Counted from the first letter of the stretch, positions 18,960 to 28,604 are shown. The stretch: DNA of 63,864 bases from Bacteroidota bacterium (GCA_035286705.1 DATECW010000030.1:1-63864); one strand, 5' to 3'. Notes: generated by a model not told the origin, from the letters alone. Program-made: numbers and translations.

Positions 18960-19184
18960 ATGAAGGATATCAAACGAAGCGCAAGAATGGCCCTCGGCCT
19001 TGGTGTGCTTTCTCTCTTTGCACTTGGGGCGAGTGTTTTTGCCCTCAATGACATCGCCCGAGGAGAACCCGACCTGACGATCGAGTGGGCCGTGCTCAGA
19101 GTCGCCGCCCTCATTATCCTCATGTTCATCGCATTGTCATTTGTGATCCTCACCAGGATCCTTCGGCTCCCTCACGAAAAGTGA
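18960..19184 (+). CDS. small two-TM membrane protein
   Basis: ATG at 18960 lies 7 nt after AAAGGAGG. MKDIKRSARMALGLGVLSLFALGASVFAL...VAALIILMFIALSFVIL. Confidence 0.5.
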   Translation: MKDIKRSARMALGLGVLSLFALGASVFALNDIARGEPDLTIEWAVLRVAALIILMFIALSFVILTRILRLPHEK

Positions 19185-19466
19185 CTGTAGAAAAAATAAA
19201 CGCCTTCATGAGAACGACAAAGAAACTCAAAACAAAGCTCGAGAAATGGTATTCATGGGATCATATCATTCTGGACGGGACTCATGAAGCTGCCGGACGA
19301 TATTCCTTTCCCCGTCATGATATTCCTCTTTTGGCTTGTCCTTCATTCCCGTCAACGGCGATCGCGGAGTGCCTGAGCACACTCGCAACTTTTTGCCGGC
19401 ACATTCCTTTCCAACTTTTGACCGACGTCACACTCTTCAAGCATCCCACTCGGTAGTACTCGGAGC

Positions 19467-19495
19467 TTGACATTCGCAAGCCGGAAAGTTACATT
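19467..19495 (+). promoter_or_regulatory. sigma70-like promoter candidate (TTGACA-17 nt-TACATT) upstream of the giant gene
   Basis: TTGACA at 19467-19472 and TACATT at 19490-19495. It is unknown whether this organism uses this consensus. Confidence 0.25.
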
Positions 19496-19747
19496 AGGGT
19501 GCATAGGGAGGCAATCCCTTTTAACCCACCTCGCTGTAAGTATTAAAACAAGAGAAGAACTGTACGATGACGCTCAGGGGAGCATGTCGGAATTGCGTTT
19601 TTTCCCATTTTCCTGTCCAACGACGCTCTCCAATGCCAACGCCGGCATGCAGTTCCTATTCGACCGTTCGTTTTGAATCCTTCGAAATCACGTTTGTCAT
19701 AAAAAGTTAGATCTTCCATCACTAATCAAATCTCAGGAGAAGCAATC

Positions 19748-22700
19748 ATGAAGATTGCTCGTTCGTTATTGATCCTCGTTTCCGTTCTCGCTGCCGGCGC
19801 GACCGCACAAACCAATGTCGGTGGTTCAATCAACAAGGATTCAACGTGGACTTTGTCGGGGAGTCCTTACATTGTCACCAGCGACTTATCCCTGAACAGT
19901 CCATTCACGCTTACCGTCGACTCCGGGGTGGTTGTCCGTTTCCAGGCCAACACAAACTTGTACGTCAACGGTACGGCGAGTCTTGCGGCCCGTCATGCGA
20001 GATTTACATCTTCGAAAGACACGGCCGGGGGCTCACCGGCCAAAGGGGATTGGGCATTCATTCAGATCGGGAACAATTCGGCCGCCACAGCGACCTTCGA
20101 CACATGTGTTATCCTGTGGGGCGGAACTACTTCGTTCCCGTCAAACAATCCTTCTCTCTATGTCTATGGCGGAACGGCAGCCCTGCGAAACAGCATCGTC
20201 TCTTCGAAGAACCATGGAGTCATGGTCGACGGCGGAACCACGACGATAGAGAACTCCAACATTTCTGATTGTGATTGGCCCGCGTCATACTACCGTCAGG
20301 GGAACCTCATATTCGAGGGATCTAACATTCTGACCGGGGCCACGCACAACGGCATCCTCATTCTTTTTGGTTCATCTTCAGGCGCCTTCACTCTTGATAC
20401 GGTGAGTGTCCCCTATGTCTTCAATACAAACTTCACAGTGAATTCCGGAAGTACGCTCAACGTCCCAACGGGTAGCGTTGTTAAATTCACCAGCTACAAC
20501 GGACTTGTTGTCAACGGAGCCCTCGTCGCCAGCGCTGCCGAGGGAAACACCATCACGTTCACGTCATACCTGAACGATAACGCAGGAGGCGATACGAATG
20601 CGGACGGCGCTCTTTCGGCGCCCACCGCAAGTATTTGGGATGGTGTTACGTTCAATGATGCAAGTGCCGACTCGTCAAGCATCATGAAACGGTGTGTTGT
20701 GAGCTGGGCCGGATACTATCAGAAGGGCGGCATTTCCCTCTATAACGCAAGTCCGACCATCGACAGCTGCTCGATGACGAACAACTACTACGGCGTCATG
20801 ATGCAAGGAACATCGAGCCCGAACTTCTCCAACAATGACATCGGCACGAGCACTGTCGTTCCGATTGCTCTCTCGTTTTCTGCCAATCCCTTGTTCCTGA
20901 ACAACTCGTTCTCAGCGTCGGACAATCAATACGATGCGATCGGTATTCTCTCAGAGACGGTTGTCGCCAATTCCTACCTCCCGATTCGCTCTGTAACATC
21001 GATTCCCAATGTGACATACTTGATGCTCGGGTCCGTGACCATCCCCCCTGCATACACCCTCACGATTCAGCCGGGAGTGGTGATCAAGTCCTACAATTAC
21101 TACAATCGACTTATTGTTCAGGGAAAGATCGTCGCCCAGGGTACATCCGACAGCACGATCGTCTTCACGTCGGTTCACGACGACCAATACGGAAATCCGT
21201 TCGATACAAACAAAAACGGGAATATTACCAACCCAACGCGCGGAGACTGGGGCGGAATTACACTTGAGTCGACAAACGATACCACGTCAATCATCAAGTA
21301 TTGCGTCCTTCGATATGGCAATACGCCGAGTGCTTATTACAACGGCGTCTATACGCAGGGACTCATCACCCTTATCAACACGACCGCCACTATTGAAAAC
21401 GACACCTTGACGGACAACGTCTACGGCGTTTACGCATTTCTGGTCTCAAAGCCAAAGATCGGAAACTGCGTTTTTGTCAATTCACAGTTTACTCCCGTCG
21501 CAATGTCGATATCGGCGAATCCTACGTTCACCGGCTCTAATGTAATGCTCAACCCGGGATTGCGGGCACTCGGCATTATTGGGCATGCTGTCTCCTCAAA
21601 CGGGACGGTTTACAGACGGGATTTCGCCGGGTACACCAACATTACGTATGTCGTGCTGGACGATGTGACGATCAATTCGGGCACGTTTGTTACTGTTGAA
21701 CCCGGGGTCGTCATGAAAATGAATCCGAGCGCGGGCATTTACGTGAACGGGGGATTTTCAGCCAAGGGTACGATTGCGAACGGACAGGTGTACTTTACGT
21801 CAATCAAGGATGATAACATCGGGAATCCTCTCGACACGAACGGTGACGGACTCGCAACCGCCCCCGACCAGGGGAACTGGTATACCATCCGGTTCCAGGA
21901 TACCAGCGTCGACTCGGCCTGCGTCCTTGACAGCACCGTTATTCAGTATGGAGGAAATGCCAGCTATGGAGCAGTGACGCTGACCAACTCCAATGCGACC
22001 ATCAAGAATTCTCTCCTCGCCCAATCGTACTACTACGGTGTCAAATGTGAGGGGAACTCTGCTCCGCAGATTGCCCGCGTCTCGTTCGAGAGCAACAGGC
22101 TTGATCCGATTGCGATGTCGCTTCTCTCGAATCCCATATTCACCAACATTACGTTCAACGCGAACGGTACCAGCGGCATCAGGATTTTGGAAGGAACCCT
22201 TTCCTCGAACGCGACACTGAACAAGCGGGATGTCGCCGGAATCACAAACATTGCCTACATCGTCGACAACCTGACCATCGCACCGAGCGCGACACTGACC
22301 ATCGCTCCCGGCGTGGTCATCAAATTCAATTACTATTACTACGGGATTGATGTGCAGGGCGGCCTCAGGGCTGAAGGGACAGCGACGCAGAAGATCGTCT
22401 TCACGGCTCTTGCGGACGACTCCAACGGCGGCGACACAAACAACGACGGCAGTTCAAGCTCGCCGAGCAAAGGTGCATGGAACAGCATTGACTTTCAGAA
22501 CTCCAGTATCGACACAGTGAATTCGCTCAAGAATTGCATTGTGCGATACGGCGGCGGTTACAACTACAGCAACGATTATGGGATGATGCGCATCTACAGC
22601 GCTCATGTCGCAATCGACAGCTGCGATTTCACACTGAGCAATACGTCCGGTATCGGCATCTTCGGGAGCGCCAATCCGTCGATTACAAACACGGACATCA

Positions 22701-25000
22701 CCGCTGTAAACTACACTCCGATCACCATGAGCATGTTTTCCACACCCACCTTCGGGAATAACACCATCCTCAATGTTGGGTACACGGCCATTGGGATCAA
22801 ACCCGAGACGTATTCACAAAACGCGACGGTACCCCTTCGCAACTTTGGCGGATACACCGGCATCACGTACGTGCTCTGGGGAAATATCACTGTGAACTCA
22901 GGGACGGTGCTCACGATTCCTGCAGGGGCGGTGTTCAAGAATTACGGGTTCTCTGTTGATGGCACCCTGAAGGTCATGGGGACGTCTGGCAACCCGGTCG
23001 TCTTCACCAACCTCCGCGATGACGACTATGGTAATCCAACGGACACGGAGCAGAACGGTTCTGCCACAAGCCCGTACATCGATAACACCTATCGGATCTA
23101 CTACAGCGACCAGAGCATCGATACGGCTGATGTCGTTCAATACGCGGTGATTCGGTATGCAACTTATGGTATCGACCTCCAGCAGGCCGCTCCAAGCATT
23201 TCAAACTGTGCGTTTTCGGAAAACGATTGGGGAGTGAGATTGAGCGGAGTCTCCGGTCCGACGATCAATAACTGCACATTCGACAATCTCGACGATGCGC
23301 CGATTCTCATGTCCCTTGCAGCGAATTTCACGCCAACAGGAACGAACGTCATCAGCGGAACGACTTACAGAGCGTTGGGGATCGTGAATGAAACTCTCGC
23401 CGGCGATGCAACGATGACCAAACGCAACTTCGCAGGCGTGAATAACATCCCCTACCTGGTCTCGGGCCTTACTGTTGGAACGAGTTCCACGCTCACCATT
23501 CAGCCGGGCGTGATCGTCAAGTTCCGCCAGTACTACGGCATGAACATCCAACGCGGACTCCTGGCAATCGGAGGAAGCCATCCCGACAGCACGATCGTCT
23601 TCACATCTGAGCGGGACGACTTCTACGGCGGCGACACGAACGCAGATTCAAATGCCACGGCGCCGAGTTCGGGTTATTGGGGCACCATCACATTCGAAGA
23701 CCTCTCGTACGATCCCGATTGCAGGATCGAGCACGCCGTCATTCGATACGGAGGTTACAGCTATGCCGGACTCAGGATGGTCAATGCAAGTCCGACAATT
23801 CTCTACACGTCCATCCGCGACAATTACAAAGGAATCCGGGCGGAGGGTTCTTCCAATCCCGTTGTGAACTACTGTGACATCTACAAGAATACGTACTGGG
23901 GCGTCGAAAACGTCAACAAGACGTTCACGATCAACGCTCAATGGAATTGGTGGGGAGTCAATAGCGGGCCGACCGTTACCGATGTTTCCCCGGGAACTCC
24001 CACAGGATCGGCTTCAACGGTTACGACAGCCGTCGATTTCAGTAATTTCCTGGCCTCGGGCGCCGATCAGCCGCTGGCCGGCGATGTCAGCTTGAGCGGC
24101 AATATCCAGGCGTTCGACGCATCCCTGATCTTGAAATGGCTTGCTGACAACGTAGCCAACCCGTTGAATCCACTCCAGCAAAAGGTTGCGGATGTCAGCG
24201 CTCAAGGGGGCATCACCTCCATGGATGCGTCTCTTATCCTTCAATACGTGGTCGGCAAGATCCCCATCTTCCCCATCGAGTTCAATCGCAGCATTCAGGG
24301 TCCGCAGTCAGGAAAGGCCCAGAGCGTTGCAGGCTCGATTGCCCTGAGCAGCGGCAGCGTCGAACGAGGCAAGCAGGTGACGGTCACACTCAATGCACAG
24401 GGACTTGCCGATCTCTACGCGGCGGGCATGGAATTGGGATTCAATCCAGAGGTTCTTCATCCTGTTTCCGTCCAGGCCGCCGGATTGGCGCAGGGAACGA
24501 TGTTTGAATACGGTGTCAAGGAAGGCCGGCTGAATATCTTCTTTGCTTCCTCAGAACCACTGAAGGGCGACGGCAGCCTTCTGACGATCACCTTCGAGGC
24601 GAACAAAGACGCCCGCGGCTCGCTCGACGAGCCGATCACGTTCAACAGTGTGACGTTGAATGAGACCAACGCCTCGGCACAGGCATCAGCCGGAACAATT
24701 AGCGTAAAAGGCCGCCCAGTGACGTATCAGCTGCATCAGAACTATCCGAATCCCTTCAATCCGTCCACGGTCATTTCGTACGAGGTACCGAACGACGGCG
24801 AGCATGTCCGATTGGAAATCTACAGTCTCAGCGGGCAGCTCGTGAGGGTCCTGCTGGACAAAGAGGAAGCGGCAGGTGAATACAAGATTACATGGGATGG
24901 ACGCTCCGACAACGGAAGCCGCGTCAGTTCTGGAATGTATCTCTATCGGATCAAGGCAGGGTCGTTCGTCAGTGTCAAAAAGATGATCATGGTGAAATAA
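19748..25000 (+). CDS. 1750-aa secreted protein: seven ~200-aa parallel beta-helix modules, dockerin-like repeat pair, cohesin-like module, T9SS C-terminal sorting domain
   Basis: AGGAGA SD 8 nt upstream. Signal peptide ending AGATAQ. Seven recurrences of the block xVFTS..DD..G.(D/P).DTN..G....P..G.W..I.F......(C/A)V(I/L)RYG. WNWWG motif. C-terminal QNYPNPFNPSTVISY. Confidence 0.9.
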   Translation: MKIARSLLILVSVLAAGATAQTNVGGSINKDSTWTLSGSPYIVTSDLSLNSPFTLTVDSGVVVRFQANTNLYVNGTASLAARHARFTSSKDTAGGSPAKGDWAFIQIGNNSAATATFDTCVILWGGTTSFPSNNPSLYVYGGTAALRNSIVSSKNHGVMVDGGTTTIENSNISDCDWPASYYRQGNLIFEGSNILTGATHNGILILFGSSSGAFTLDTVSVPYVFNTNFTVNSGSTLNVPTGSVVKFTSYNGLVVNGALVASAAEGNTITFTSYLNDNAGGDTNADGALSAPTASIWDGVTFNDASADSSSIMKRCVVSWAGYYQKGGISLYNASPTIDSCSMTNNYYGVMMQGTSSPNFSNNDIGTSTVVPIALSFSANPLFLNNSFSASDNQYDAIGILSETVVANSYLPIRSVTSIPNVTYLMLGSVTIPPAYTLTIQPGVVIKSYNYYNRLIVQGKIVAQGTSDSTIVFTSVHDDQYGNPFDTNKNGNITNPTRGDWGGITLESTNDTTSIIKYCVLRYGNTPSAYYNGVYTQGLITLINTTATIENDTLTDNVYGVYAFLVSKPKIGNCVFVNSQFTPVAMSISANPTFTGSNVMLNPGLRALGIIGHAVSSNGTVYRRDFAGYTNITYVVLDDVTINSGTFVTVEPGVVMKMNPSAGIYVNGGFSAKGTIANGQVYFTSIKDDNIGNPLDTNGDGLATAPDQGNWYTIRFQDTSVDSACVLDSTVIQYGGNASYGAVTLTNSNATIKNSLLAQSYYYGVKCEGNSAPQIARVSFESNRLDPIAMSLLSNPIFTNITFNANGTSGIRILEGTLSSNATLNKRDVAGITNIAYIVDNLTIAPSATLTIAPGVVIKFNYYYYGIDVQGGLRAEGTATQKIVFTALADDSNGGDTNNDGSSSSPSKGAWNSIDFQNSSIDTVNSLKNCIVRYGGGYNYSNDYGMMRIYSAHVAIDSCDFTLSNTSGIGIFGSANPSITNTDITAVNYTPITMSMFSTPTFGNNTILNVGYTAIGIKPETYSQNATVPLRNFGGYTGITYVLWGNITVNSGTVLTIPAGAVFKNYGFSVDGTLKVMGTSGNPVVFTNLRDDDYGNPTDTEQNGSATSPYIDNTYRIYYSDQSIDTADVVQYAVIRYATYGIDLQQAAPSISNCAFSENDWGVRLSGVSGPTINNCTFDNLDDAPILMSLAANFTPTGTNVISGTTYRALGIVNETLAGDATMTKRNFAGVNNIPYLVSGLTVGTSSTLTIQPGVIVKFRQYYGMNIQRGLLAIGGSHPDSTIVFTSERDDFYGGDTNADSNATAPSSGYWGTITFEDLSYDPDCRIEHAVIRYGGYSYAGLRMVNASPTILYTSIRDNYKGIRAEGSSNPVVNYCDIYKNTYWGVENVNKTFTINAQWNWWGVNSGPTVTDVSPGTPTGSASTVTTAVDFSNFLASGADQPLAGDVSLSGNIQAFDASLILKWLADNVANPLNPLQQKVADVSAQGGITSMDASLILQYVVGKIPIFPIEFNRSIQGPQSGKAQSVAGSIALSSGSVERGKQVTVTLNAQGLADLYAAGMELGFNPEVLHPVSVQAAGLAQGTMFEYGVKEGRLNIFFASSEPLKGDGSLLTITFEANKDARGSLDEPITFNSVTLNETNASAQASAGTISVKGRPVTYQLHQNYPNPFNPSTVISYEVPNDGEHVRLEIYSLSGQLVRVLLDKEEAAGEYKITWDGRSDNGSRVSSGMYLYRIKAGSFVSVKKMIMVK
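24080..24259 (+). other. dockerin-like duplicated segment within the giant protein (aa 1445-1504)
   Basis: GDVSLSGNIQAFDASLILKWL and ADVSAQGGITSMDASLILQYV, two 12-residue loop-plus-helix repeats about 35 aa apart. Confidence 0.55.
24329..24712 (+). other. cohesin-like module within the giant protein (aa ~1528-1655)
   Basis: GSIALSSGSVERGKQVTVTLNAQGLADLYAAGMELGFNPEVL...GSLLTITFEANKD...ITFNSVTLNE, the same pattern as the three modules in the next gene. Confidence 0.55.
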
Positions 25001-25040
25001 TCCACCGTTGCTCATCATACGACACTGAAAGGATAAATCC

Positions 25041-27344
25041 ATGAATCCGAGGTTGAAACATCTTCTCATCGCATGCATCCTGATCCTGGGGGCGCATGCG
25101 GCCGCAGAGGCCGGGCCCATACGGCTGGCCTTCCGGAACATGACTGTTGTCGGCGGGACGACGTTCCTCGTTCCTGTCCATGTCGACAGCTCGTTAACCG
25201 GATTGAATGTGATTTCCTATCAGCTGGATATCTCGTTCAATTCCACCTATCTCACATACGACACCGTGATCACAACGGGATCCATGACCGAATCATGGAC
25301 GTACGTGGAAGGGAATGTTCCTTCCGCCGGCAGACTTCTCGTGGCCGGGAGCGGAGCAACGGCGCTGAGCGATACAGGTCGGCTCGTCTTTCTCCGGTTC
25401 AAGGCGAAAGTACCTGCCTCCATCGTCGGCACGAGCATTTCATTTTACGCCGGCACAACGTTGCTCAACGAAGGCGGGATCGCCCTCTCACTTGTGAACG
25501 CCACAATCACTGTCAATGTCCCGCCGTTCATCACGGTCTCACCCAACACGGCGGTTCTGACACGGAATGACACACAACAGTTCACGGTTTCAGGCGGCAC
25601 GGGACCGTACACGTGGACAACGACAGATCCGGCCAAAGCGACCATCAACGCATCGGGCCTTCTCACTGCCACCAATCCGGGTTTTGTGCAGGTAGTCGCT
25701 GCCGACGCATCGGCAGTCAAGGATACATCTGGTCTCATAGAAATTCGCGGGATGAAGTTGTCTGTCCGAGATAGCAGCGTCTATCAGGGACAGATTCTTG
25801 ATCTGTCGATTCTGTCCACCGATGTAACGGGACTCGGGATTACCTCGGGTCAGCTGACCGTTACATTCAATCAGAGTCTCTGGACTGCGACGGACGTGCT
25901 TGTTGCAGGCACCATTCTCGCTTCGGCCTCGCCCGAATTCTCTGCAAGCCCGGGGAAGGTCTCTGTCTCCTTTGCGGGAATCTCTGCCATCAGCGGATCG
26001 GGCACCCTGCTCAAGATCCGACTGCAGGCAACGACTTCGACTTATGGAACATCGACCATCGGATTCCAAAATGTCGTCTTCAATGAGAATCTTCCTGCGA
26101 ACACGCAGAACGGATCCGCGGGCGTATTGCAGCTTGCCACCGTGAATGTCACTCCGGGAGGTACACTAAGTCTCCTGAAGGGAGATTCCCTACAGTTCTT
26201 CGCATCGAGTGGTACAGCCCCATACACGTGGAGCGTTTCTGATTCTTCGAAGGCCGCGATTTCTTCAACCGGAGTGCTCACAGTCCTCCGCGGGGGATCG
26301 GTCAAAGTGACCGTCCGCGATTTCAACGGTGCATCGGGGACGAGCGGAACAATCAACCTCTATGACTTTCGCCTGACCGTACCCACCTACTCACAGCTGG
26401 TCATGACGGCATCTGATACGACGGTTGAACTTCCTCTGCTCGTCACTGCCAATGACACCGGGTTCTTTGCATTCCAGTTCAAAGTCACGTATGGAACGGG
26501 ATACTACCTGAAACTCGACAGCATTCTTACCGACGGAACACTGGCGACAGGCTGGAATGTGGTCCCCGGGTATTCGAGCGGAAATGTTCAGATTGCCGCG
26601 GCGACCACCAATGCGGTGATGTCCGGCGGCACACTGATCAGGCTGCGATTTGCGGTTCCCGATTCGACCCCAAGGCCATCGACGACGTACATCAATCTCA
26701 CGAACGTCCTGTTTAACGAGGGCGCGCCGATTCCGCTGATCGAAAATGGATGGCTGCAGATTCGATCAACAAATGCGAAGCCTTCACTCTCCTTTCAGAC
26801 TCCCTCCTCGTTGGATTCAGTCGAGGCCGGAGCGACGCAGGAATTCTCCGTTTCCTCGTACGATCCGGACGGCGACGCCTTGACGTACACCTGGAAAGTC
26901 AACGGCACTGCCGAACAAACGGGGAGTTCCTCAAGCTTCTCACGCGCGTTCGCGAATCCGACTGACAGCATCAATGTCACGGTAGTATTTCAGGACCCGT
27001 GGGGATTGAAGGACAGCGCGTCGTGGTGGTTCAAAGTGTACGTGATCACCGGGGTCACTGAAGAGGATCCTACGCTTCCCCGCGGATTCGCGCTTCTTCA
27101 GAATTATCCGAATCCCTTCAATCCGTCGACAGTGATCAGCTTTCAGCTGTCAGCGATCAGCAGGGTGAGGTTGAGTGTGTACAACATCCTTGGCCTGGAG
27201 GTGGCTGTGGTTGCTGACGGGACATTGCCAGCGGGGATGCATTCCTTCCGTTGGGATGCATCGGGATTTGCCAACGGGACATACTTCTACCGTTTGCAGG
27301 CAGGTGAGCATTCACAGACTCGCAAGCTGGTTTTACTGAAATAA
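25041..27344 (+). CDS. 767-aa scaffoldin-like surface protein: 3 cohesin-like modules alternating with 2 Big_2-like modules, a PKD-like module, and a T9SS C-terminal sorting domain
   Basis: Signal peptide. Cohesin-like aa ~25-159, 238-366 and 443-574 (each ...V.V......L.....(Y/F)Q(L/F)...(F/Y)....L.......G.L(V/L/I)(F/K/R)(L/I)R(F/L)...). Big_2-like ...QFTVSGGTGPYTWTT... and ...QFFASSGTAPYTWSV.... C-terminal QNYPNPFNPSTVISF. Confidence 0.85.
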   Translation: MNPRLKHLLIACILILGAHAAAEAGPIRLAFRNMTVVGGTTFLVPVHVDSSLTGLNVISYQLDISFNSTYLTYDTVITTGSMTESWTYVEGNVPSAGRLLVAGSGATALSDTGRLVFLRFKAKVPASIVGTSISFYAGTTLLNEGGIALSLVNATITVNVPPFITVSPNTAVLTRNDTQQFTVSGGTGPYTWTTTDPAKATINASGLLTATNPGFVQVVAADASAVKDTSGLIEIRGMKLSVRDSSVYQGQILDLSILSTDVTGLGITSGQLTVTFNQSLWTATDVLVAGTILASASPEFSASPGKVSVSFAGISAISGSGTLLKIRLQATTSTYGTSTIGFQNVVFNENLPANTQNGSAGVLQLATVNVTPGGTLSLLKGDSLQFFASSGTAPYTWSVSDSSKAAISSTGVLTVLRGGSVKVTVRDFNGASGTSGTINLYDFRLTVPTYSQLVMTASDTTVELPLLVTANDTGFFAFQFKVTYGTGYYLKLDSILTDGTLATGWNVVPGYSSGNVQIAAATTNAVMSGGTLIRLRFAVPDSTPRPSTTYINLTNVLFNEGAPIPLIENGWLQIRSTNAKPSLSFQTPSSLDSVEAGATQEFSVSSYDPDGDALTYTWKVNGTAEQTGSSSSFSRAFANPTDSINVTVVFQDPWGLKDSASWWFKVYVITGVTEEDPTLPRGFALLQNYPNPFNPSTVISFQLSAISRVRLSVYNILGLEVAVVADGTLPAGMHSFRWDASGFANGTYFYRLQAGEHSQTRKLVLLK

Positions 27345-27364
27345 AGCTTCCGCAACTCTTTTCA

Positions 27365-27400
27365 AGCCCGCCCCGCAATGCGACGGCGGGCTTTCTTTTT
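27365..27400 (+). terminator. rho-independent terminator after the two-gene T9SS unit
   Basis: AGCCCGCC-12 nt loop-GGCGGGCT followed by TTCTTTTT. Confidence 0.75.
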
Positions 27401-27458
27401 GGGGGATGATTGAAGAATACCCTTACTTTTTTGGACTTGTTTTCTCATCTTCTGTCAC

Positions 27459-28487
27459 ATGAAATCAGTTCGTCTGGTTACAACCGGCACTCCCCTTCAG
27501 CAGCAGGATACAGAAATCCCCGATCCGGGCGAATTCGAGGTTCTTGTCCGGGTCAAGGCCGCGGGGATCTGTCATTCAGACACCCACTACCGATCAGGCC
27601 TTTCATCTGCCGGGCCGTTACCGCTGACGCTCGGACATGAGGTCGCGGGAACCGTTCAAAAGATTGGCAGCCGCGTGAAAAATGTGAAGATTGGAGATCG
27701 CGTGTGCCTCCATTATCTCGTTACGTGCGGCACATGCGAGTACTGTCGCAAGGGCTTCGAACAATTCTGCGTTCGCGGATCGATGCTGGGCAAGCACAGG
27801 CATGGCGGGTATGCCGAGCATATTGTCGTTCCTCAGCGCAACGCGGTTCCCCTCCCTGCTGAAATCCCTTTCGAACACGGAGCAATCCTGATGTGTTCCT
27901 CCTCGACCTGCCTTCATGCCCTCAAGAAAGCGCGCCTCCAGCCGGGCGAGGTCGTGGCTGTCTTCGGTGCAGGCGGACTCGGCATGTCGGCGATCCAAAT
28001 TGCGCGGGCTCTCGAGGCATCGGTCGTCTACGCGATTGACATCAACAAAGACCGGCTTTCGCTCGCCGAGAAGCTCGGGGCCGTTCCGATCCTCGCAGAC
28101 AGGCAGGATCCCGTTGCGGCACTGCGCGCCATGACCTACAACCGCGGTGTCGATGTGGCAATGGAGCTGGTCGGATTGCCCCAAACGGCCCGCCAGGCCG
28201 TGCAATCACTTGCCATTCTCGGCCGCGCCGTCATGGTCGGCCTCGGCCGCGAGCCGTTTGACGTCCAGCCCTACACTGAGCTCATAGGCCGGGAAGCGGA
28301 GATCATCGGATCATCCGACCATCTTCTTTCGGAGCTTCCCGAGCTGTTCGATCTCGTCCGCAGGAAAAAGCTTAACCTCGAAAGCATCGTCACGGACACT
28401 GTTCCGCTCCACGAAGAACCCATCAACCGCGCGCTGGACGAACTGGAACGATTCGGTCGAGGCGTGCGCACCGTTATCGTTCCATGA
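27459..28487 (+). CDS. zinc-dependent alcohol dehydrogenase (MDR family)
   Basis: GICHSDTH and GHEVAGTV zinc ligands. Structural-zinc CGTCEYC. GAGGLG Rossmann motif. Confidence 0.9.
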   Translation: MKSVRLVTTGTPLQQQDTEIPDPGEFEVLVRVKAAGICHSDTHYRSGLSSAGPLPLTLGHEVAGTVQKIGSRVKNVKIGDRVCLHYLVTCGTCEYCRKGFEQFCVRGSMLGKHRHGGYAEHIVVPQRNAVPLPAEIPFEHGAILMCSSSTCLHALKKARLQPGEVVAVFGAGGLGMSAIQIARALEASVVYAIDINKDRLSLAEKLGAVPILADRQDPVAALRAMTYNRGVDVAMELVGLPQTARQAVQSLAILGRAVMVGLGREPFDVQPYTELIGREAEIIGSSDHLLSELPELFDLVRRKKLNLESIVTDTVPLHEEPINRALDELERFGRGVRTVIVP

Positions 28488-28604
28488 ACAAGGCAATTCG
28501 GAAGAACAACAACGCCGAGCTGATCCCCGGGTTTCTCTCAGAGGCCATCCCATGAGTACTCAGCACCATGCCGAACTGGTTCAGCCCCCGCATTTTGGCG
28601 TGTA

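Noticed and set aside
19085-19676. ORFs 19085-19456 and 19467-19676 as real small proteins
   Set aside because: They have no SD, no hydrophobic or motif features, a TTG start for the second, and they overlap the predicted promoter and leader. Treated as non-coding.
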